A stretch of DNA of 64,000 bases, from the NCBI GenBank assembly GCA_965203445.1, contig OZ241883.1, forward strand, positions 320,001-384,000. Reading direction: 5' to 3'. This stretch comes from Candidatus Oxydemutator sp. (lineage in GTDB: Bacteria; Pseudomonadota; Gammaproteobacteria; Poriferisulfidales; Oxydemutatoraceae). Positions 1-9,000 of the stretch are shown here, piece after piece (the first letter of the stretch is position 1; every line of letters begins with the position of its first letter). Both the position numbers and the translations under genes were made by a program. The notes under the pieces were generated by a model. That model worked only from the letters and a program-made list of their open reading frames with translations. It did not search any database and was not told the origin of the DNA.

Positions 1-3000
1 ATTTGCATATATCTTTCCTCCCGGGCGGTTAATTCCCACGAAGCCACCTGTTGACCATCCCGTGGCCCTAACCGTCCCTTTCGCGCAGCTGGCGCTTATC
101 GTCCCGCTATTCCTCCCCACAAAACCACCTACGTAGTAATACCCCCTGACTACGCCCTGCGCGCAGCTGGCACTTATGCTCCCTTTGTTACGACCTGCCA
201 CACCCCCGACGTTGTAGTTCCCCTCGACATTCACGCTGAGCAACTTCACTTGTGTAATACTGCTCGAGTCGTCAAGATAGCCGAACAGACCGATATAATC
301 GCGGCTCCGTCGTTTGATGTATAAATTGGAAATGCCGTGGCCGTTGCCGTCAAAAATGGCAGCATATCTGTTGCTGATGCCGCCAACGGGCTCCCAACCG
401 GCGCCACCGTTGTAATACAGATCGTCGGTGCGGGTCCGATAGCCGGTGTTGAAGTTCAGGGCGGTCATCAGTTCGTAGCCCTTGCAACCCACGACGACAC
501 CGGTGGTCGGGCAGCCCATTCCTGCCATCGCTCTTGGAAAAGCAGGCGCGTAGGATGGATAATCGGCCGCGCCGTCCGGCGTGCCGTCGCCGTTCAAGTC
601 CCAGCGTATCGCGTGCAACTGGCTCAGGCTTCTTATTTCGATGAGACCGTTGTTATTACTATCGTAGTCTCTTGACCCCGTCACCGCGATAGTGAAAGTC
701 AGCGTCGTCGCGTCACCATCGGAGTCGGCCGCCGTCCAGGTGTACGTCGCCGTCGTAAAAGCCGTCGCCGCCACGCCGGACAGCGTTCGCGTACCTGCGT
801 CAAGCGACAAACCAAGCGGCAGCGCCAGCGTCGCCGCACTCCCTGGGCCCGTCAGCGCGTAGCGCAACGCGCCGTTACCTCCACGCGCCTCCGGCAGCAT
901 CTTGCGAACCGATTGTTCGCCGGCCACGTATATCTGCCGCGCTATCGTCGCCACGCCGAACGAGGGATGCAGGTCCATCCGACCGACCACGATGACATAG
1001 GCCGTGGCCGAACCGTCCTGCGCCGTTACTCTCACCGTGCTGACGGTGTCTCTATCCGAGTTCAGCAAGACTTGATGACCTATGGCGGTGTCGGCATCTG
1101 GCGGCGCATACGCTACCGTCGCCCCGGTAGATGCAGCCGTCGCCGCTATCGTCACCCGGCCGGTGCTGCTGCCCGCAGTGGCAAAGTAGGAAGTAGTACC
1201 GGCATCGAAGGACGGCGACAATGGCAATGCAGCGCCGGCGCCGGGCATCGCGTTGCGGATGCTCAACGCGCTCAACCTGCTGTCAGCGGAAATCGCCGGC
1301 TGGACTGCTTGCTGCAACGCCAGCGACGTCGTGCTGTGGCCATACCGCAATATCGGATATTGGGCTCGTGTACCGAAGTCCCACGGATTGTCGGCGCCCA
1401 CCACGCCGTCCAGGTCCACGTTCCAGGCGGCGTAAATCCCGGTGTACGCCGTGGGCGAACGCAACTCGAAGGTCTTCTTGCCCGTACCACCGGCACTCTC
1501 TGTCTGACTGGAAGCCCTGGTATCCCAGTAACTGTTGATCGTTACTGCTCCGTAACCGTTGAGGCTTCTGCTCGACCCTACGAGGCCTCCTGTATTCCGA
1601 CTCCCATTGACCGCCCCCGTCGCGTAACTGGCGACTATCTCGCCATTATTTTCACCTACGAGGCCTCCTATATTCCAACTTCCATTGACCGCCCCCATCG
1701 CGTAACTGGCGACTATCTCGCCATCATTTTCACCTGTGAGACCGCCTAATCTCGAATTTCCATTGACCGCACCTGTCGCGTAACTAACGGTTATCTTGCC
1801 ATGCTCCCACCCTACGAGGCCGCCCACAGTCGAACTCCCATTGACCGCCCCCGTCGCATAACTGGCAGTTATCTCGCCAGTGTCCCGCCCTATGAGGCCG
1901 CCTACATGCGAACTCCCGTCGACCGCCCCCGTCGCATAACTGGCAGTTATCTCGCCGGAGTTCGACCCTACGAGGCCGCCCACAGTCTCCCCCTCGCTGA
2001 CCGTCCCTGTCGCGCAACTGGCAGTTATCTTGCCAGAGTTCCACCCTACGAGGCCGCCCACATTCGACGGAAACGGCTGATACAACCGCCCTTTGACCGC
2101 CCCCGTCACGCAGCTGGCATTTATACTCCCTCTGTTACGACCTGCCACCCCCCCAACATGGATGCGCCCCTCAGCGTCCACATTGAGCAACTTTACTCGT
2201 GTAACATTGCTCGAGTCGGCAAGACGACCAAACAGACCGATATAATCGTGGTTTCGTCGTCTAATGTATACATTGGAAATGCTGTGGCCATTGCCGTCAA
2301 ACGTCGCGGCATACATAGGATCGGATGAACTGCAGGAATACAAATACGTTCCGCTACAAGGGGCGATAGGTTCCCAGCCTTTGCCGCCGTTGTAGTAGAG
2401 GTCATCGGTGCGGGTGCCCGTAGTGCCGGTGTTGAAGTCCAGATCGGCAGCCAATTCGTAGCCTTTGCATACGCCGCTGCTGGCGGAACTCCGGCGACAG
2501 CTTATTCCCGATGTCGCACCAGGAAAAGCGGCGGCGTAGCCGGCGACGTTGGTCGGATTCCTGCCGTCGCCGTCCAGGTCCCAACGCATCGCGTTCAGCT
2601 GCATAAGATTCTTAATCTCGATCAGGCCGTCCTGGTCGCTGTCGTAATCGAACACCGTGATCGGGAACGTCAGTGCCGCCACGTCGCCGTCCCTGTCGGT
2701 CGCCTTCCAGGTGTACGTCGCCGTCGTAAAGGCCGCCGTCGGCGTGCCCGACAACGTCCGCGTGCCCCTGTCCAACGACAAGCCGGGCGGCAGCGTCAGT
2801 GTCGCCGTGCTCCCCGGACCCGTCAGCGCGTAACCCAACGTGCCGTTACCCTCGTCCGCCGCCGGCAGCGTCTTGTGAACCGGCCCGCCGACCACGTATA
2901 TCTGCCGCGCTATCGTCGTAGCGCCGAACGACGGGAGACTGTCCGGCTGCCTTACCGTGACGACGTAGGTGGTAACCGAACCGTCCTGCGCCGTTACCGA

Positions 3001-6000
3001 CACCATGATGGCGGTGTCGCCGCCGATGGTCAGCGCGACTTGGCGGCCGGCGGTGGCGGTGGCGGCGTCCGCCGTGCTCAACGCGACCGTCGCCCTGGAA
3101 TGCGATGCCGTCGCCGACACCGTTACCCGTTCGGCGTCAACGTCCACCGGGACGGTATAGGAAGTAACCCCGCCCTCAAAGCCCCGTAACAGGTTCGGCA
3201 GCGTCGCGACGCTGGCACCGGCCGTAACGCGCAATTCGCGCAACGAAGCATCGGTGGAAATCGTCGGCTGACCAGCCTTCTGCGACGCCACCGACGTACT
3301 GCTGAAGCCATATCGCAGCACCGGATACTGGGTGCTCGTGCCGAAGTCCCACGGATCGTCGCCGCCCGCCACGCCGTCCGCGTCCACGTTCCAGGCCGCG
3401 TAGATTCCGGTGTACGTCGTCGGCGCGCGCAACTCGAAGGTCTTCTGGCCCATGCCGCCGTCGCTTCCTGACTGACCGGAAGTCCTGGTATCCCAGTAAC
3501 TGTTGTATACAGACCCGATGTACCCCGGATATCTATATATTCCGAAGGGGCGAAATCTGGGGTATTTAAGACCCACCAGGCCACCCGTGTAGCTACTCCC
3601 GGTCACCTTCCCCATCGAGTAGCTAGCGACTATCGTTCCGTCACCATTGTTCCCCGCCAGGCCACCCGTATCTTCATGCCCAGACACTCTACCCGTCGCG
3701 TAACTGGCAACTATCATTCCTCCGTTCGTCCCCGCCAAGCCACCTGTCTGCCTATGCCCGGAAACTTCCCCCGTCGCATAACTGGCGGTTATCCAGCCAC
3801 TATTCGATCCCACGAGACCACCCGCTCGCTCTCTCCCAGAAACTGTCCCTGTCGAATAGCTGGCAATTATCCTCCCACCCCAGTTATACCCTACCAAACC
3901 GCCGATTTGGGATGCCCCATTGACCATAGCCATTGAGTGGCTGCCGATTATCCTTCCTTCTCGATTAACCCCCACCAAGCCGCCCGCGCTGTGGCCTGTG
4001 CCAGCGACGGAACCAGAAATGTAGCTGGTGCTTATCGTGCCATGGTTACGACCCACCAGACCACCGACATAGCCGTACGCGGAAACCGCCACGTCGAGCA
4101 GACCCACCCCCGCTATTCTCCCCGTAAGATGGCCAAACAAGCCTACTTTGCTCTGACGGCTGCGGGCAATAAACAGATTGGAAAGAGTATGGCCATTGCC
4201 TTGAAAAACACCGAAATAGGAATTCGTGGAATCACTGCCGATAGGATTCCAGCCCGCGCCGTTGTTGTAATACAGGTCGTCGGTGCGGGTGCTGGCATCG
4301 CCAGTGTTGAAGTTCAGAGCGGTGACCAGCTCGTAGCCTCTGCATGCGTCGGTTGTGGCGGAACTCCGGCGACAGCTGATTCCCGACGACGCGCCCGGGA
4401 AGGCGGCGGCGTAGCCGGCGACGTTGGTCGGATTCCTGCCGTCGCCGTCCAGATCCCAACGCATCGCGTTCAGCTGAGCCAGGTTCTTAATCTCGATCAG
4501 GCCGTCCTCGTCGCTGTCGTAATCGAGCACCGTGATCGGGAACGTCAGCGTCGCGCCATCGCCGTCCTCGTCGGTCGCCGTCCAGGTGTACGTCGCCGTC
4601 GTAAAGGCCGCCGTCGGCGTGCCCGACAACGTCCGCGTGCCCCTGTCGAAAGACAAGCCGGGCGGCAGCGTCTCCGCGTTCCCCGGACCCGTCAGCCCGT
4701 AACCCAATGTTCCGTTGCCGCTGCTCGCCGTGGGCAGGATCAGGGAAGTAATGCGCCTGTGGATCACGTAGGTTTGCGTCGCTATCGTCGCGCCGCCGAA
4801 GTCCGGGCGCACGTCCGGAAACTCGCCCTGCAACGTCAGCGTGTACGGGTTCCGACGGGGATCGGGGTCGTTGCTGACCATGGTCAAAGTCCCCTCGCTG
4901 GTCGTATTCTCTCTCGGATTCAGCGATAAGCGCAATTCCCGCGTGATCGTTGTGGCGGCGGCTATCGTTGCGGTGCCGGTGTCGTTCAAGCTGAAACCGG
5001 CGCCGGTTACCTGGATCGAGTCCAGCACAAGATCCCGGAAGTGGCCCGTGTTTCTGATCGTCAGCGTCGCGGTCTCCGTGCCAGCCCATACTTTGCCAAA
5101 GTCGTAGGTGTTGCCCGATGCGTAAATCTTGCCGTTGACCTGGACTTCTATCTCCGGCCAGATGATCAACGCTCTCAGGGTCTTCGTCGGCGGCGCGCCG
5201 TGGTAGTTGCTTATGATTTGCAACTCTTTCCTGTGCGCAAATCGGACCCTGTGCTGCTGCTCCACCGCCCGCAAATGAACGTCCCACGTGTGCGAACTGC
5301 CGGACGTGATGGTGGTAGGGAAGGAACCCTCGATGGTGTACGGGGAGTTGCGGTCGTAACGAGAGGGAACGTCGAGCGCGCGGACTACCAGGTCGGCGTT
5401 ACCGTCGTTTTCGACCGTAACCCGCACCGTCGCCGTCGTTCCGTACGGCACGTCGGGCAGGTCGCAGAACGACGATGTTTCCGTGCAACCGGAGTACGTG
5501 ACATCCGGGATGGGGCCGGCACCGACGCCAGTCAGATTGACCCGCGCGGTCGCGTCCGGGTGGTCGCCAGTGAACGTGAGCGTCGCCGCATACGTCGTCG
5601 CCACGACGCGTGGCGTGAAGCGCACGTCCCACGTGGCGGTCGAACCGGCGGCGATGGATTGCGTGGCGGAAGACACCAGGCTATAGGCATCGTCCGCATC
5701 GGCCAGAGCCGACGTGACGAGCAACCGCTCGGCACTGTTGTTGGTTACGATCAACGTTCCCATTTGCGCGGTGGTAACGTTCACAAGTCCGAGATCGCAC
5801 GTCCGCGCCCGTGTCGTCGAACGGCATCCGCCGCCGAAGCCGACTTCCATCAGCGGCAGGCGCCGGCTGCCGTGGAGACGGATTGTGTGCGTGGCCACGG
5901 CGGAGCCGGAGGTGGTGAGCGTCAGCGTCTCGGTGTAGGCGCCCGGATCTGTCGGGCGGAACTCGACGGTAATACTCTTAGGCTCAGGGTCATTTTGGGT

Positions 6001-9000
6001 TATCAGATACTTTGGATACACATCGGTGCTTAAGCGAAAAACCCCGCTGCCGGTCGTAAGATCAGCGGCAACCCACAAGTCCTCGTTGCCGATGTTTTTC
6101 AGGTGCACCTTCACATTGGTGGATACCATGACGCCGTCGCTGGCGACTATGGTTCCAACGTTGTGCGTGGTGGCTTTGCTCAAAACGTAGCGGCGGTTGT
6201 CATCGGCGCCAATCGAAGCCAGCAGCAGCGGGCCGCGTCCCTTGCCTCTCAAGCGCACGGTGTGCTTGGGCGCGTTCGAGTGAATGGTCAATACCGCGTT
6301 GTCCTCGGCGGACGGCACGCGCGGCGAAAAAGCCACAGTAAGGGGCGTCGAATCGCCAGGTTCCAGTTCGCGCGTGTCGCGCGTGTCGCTCGTGACCGTA
6401 TAGGCCATCCCGCGACGCTCGTTCAACCATCGTTCGACGTCCTCATTGGGCGCGGACACCGCGGGAACAAAATCGCCGGGCGTCACGACGATGGACTGGA
6501 TTCTGAGCGGCGCGGTGCCGATATTTCCGATGGTTACTATCTGGCGATCTGTGCGACCCACTCGCGCATTAAAAGGAGGCCCGAAGATGATAGGAATAGC
6601 CTCAACACCACGCCCCTCCAGACTCAACCGCCACTCGCCCCGCTCGCGGTCGTCGCTGCGAACCGTCAACTCCCCGGCATGGGTCGTCGTGTCCTTGGGC
6701 GAGAAGCGCAGCCGCCACGTGTGCGAGGCGCCCGCGGCTATCGTCGCGCCGCCACCGCCGCCGACGACGCTGAAACCGGTGCCGCTCGTTTCCAGCGAAC
6801 GGACGACAAGCGCCCGGCCCGTCCCCGTGTTCGTTACAACCACCGGCACGGTCAGGCTCGTGCCCTTCTCCACCTTACCGAAGTCGTAGGCACCGACGTC
6901 CGATGAATAAGACCGACCGTCTACCGACACCTCCATGTCGGACCAGACGACGCCGCAAATCAGAACCTGCTGCGGAAACATCGCACGGTCGTTGCTCATT
7001 ATGCTCAACTCCGCATTCCGTGAACCACGGAATCGAAATTTCGGAATACAACTCACGTCCCAACGGTCGGGAACCCCAACTGGAATGGTAGCGGTAGCAG
7101 GGCCATCGAGATGGTAATCGCGGCCATAACGTTGGTTCACCGAAATCGAACTGATCACAAGAGCCTGGTTCCCCTCGTTGTCGATCTCCACCCGCACCGT
7201 CCTCGTTGTGCCCACGGTCACGTCGTCCAAATAACAATAATGGTATTCCTTGCCATCATACCCGGGCATATTGTCCTCATCGCTGCAACCCCAATACCGG
7301 ATCACCATCTTCGGGCCGACGCCATGGCCGTCCAGGTGCACCGTACGCGAACTCAACGCCGGATCGTTGCTCTCGAAAACCAGCGCACCGGCGTAACTCG
7401 TAGCCGCGACCGGCGGACTGAAATGCAAAGTCCACGTGCCGGTGGAACCGGAATCGAGCAGGCGATCCGCGGGGCCGGCCAGACGATACACACCGCCCGA
7501 GACCGTCGGCGTTACCCGCAACGCCTCCTCGCCGACGTTGCCGACGATGACCTTCACCGACGATGTGCCGCCGGCGAGAACGCCACCGAAATCGCACGTC
7601 CGCGTCATCGTCGCATAGCGGCAACCCGCAAAACCCGTCAACACCAGCGCCGGCGCCGTGCCGGTGCCCGCAAGCCGCACCTGGTAGGGTTTGCCCCCAA
7701 GATGATTGCTGGTGATCGTCAGCGTCGTCTCGTGCACGCCACGGCGCGGCGGACGGAAAGACACGTGCAGCGTCGTCGAGGCCTCGGGCCCCACCGTGAA
7801 GGTGGCGCTGCTCGACCACGCGAACGACGACGTGCTCGCCAACGCGACGCCGCTTACCTGCAATGCTATTTCGTCGGCGTCTGCGTCGGTGTTGGAGACA
7901 ACCACCAGCACCGACGTGCTGTCGCCGACCGACTGATCCTCGAAGGAATACCGGCCCGCGTCCTGGAGCGTAACGCCGTCTATCGAGACGGCCAGGTCCG
8001 CGCCGATGCCCCGGCCTTCCAGAGCCACTTTCGGTTTGCCATTCTCATTCTCCGGATCGTTGTTGTTGATAGTCAGCATGATGCCGTTTGGGGTCGGGCC
8101 GTACCCGCTCGGCGAAAAATGCACCTGCCACGTAGAGGACCCTCCCACCTCGATGGTTGCCGAACTGGGGCCGTGCACGGTGAAATCGTCGCCCGCTACC
8201 ACTACCGAAGAAATCTCCAGCGCCTCCCCGCGACCCGCGTTGGTTATCGTCAGCGTCGTGGACGTCTCCTGGCCGACTTCCACGTCGCCAAATTTGCATA
8301 TGCCGCCGTCGGCTTTGACGGCGGGACACACGGCAAGCTCGAACCGCATCTTCGGCGCAAACGCCTCCCCGCGCAGCACTATCGTATAGGTGGTTCGCGC
8401 CGGAAGCGGATCGTCGCTGATGATCGTCAATTCCGTTCGCGCGTCTTCGCGAAAACTCGCGCGCGGCGCAAACGACAGCACGAAGGACGCGCTGCTCATC
8501 TCCCCGATGTGATGGGGTGCTGAAGAACCGCCGCCGGCCTCCTGAATCGAAAACAGACCACTGCCGACGGTCAGACTCTTGATCTCCAGGACAGCGTCGC
8601 CGTGGTTGCCGATTTCCATGGTGCGCGTCGCGCTGCTGCCCGAACGCACTCTCCCGAATGAATAGGCGCCACCCGGGAAAACGCGCAACACCGGCGCCAC
8701 GCCCCGGCCCTCCAGCCGCACCTCGTTCCCCTCAGTGTTGTAGGCGTTGCTGGCAAAGGCCAGCGTCGCCGTCGCCACACCGCGTCGCTTCGGGCGAAAC
8801 TGAAAACGGTATGAATGCCTTGGCGACATTATCGTGAACATATTCGTCCGCCACGAGGAATCCATCGGACTGAACCAAAATTGATCAGAGGGGTCCGTCT
8901 CCACGCCTGTTATATTCAACGTCTGGTTGCCCAGGTTTCTTACCCACACGTGGAAAACACTTGTGCGATTCACGCGCGTGGCGGAAACCTCTCTGTCTTC

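Noticed and set aside
1571-2110. 78-bp array as a CRISPR or DGR template/variable repeat
   Set aside because: Repeats are degenerate, in-frame coding GLUG units; no cas genes or reverse transcriptase in the window, and variation does not look adenine-specific.
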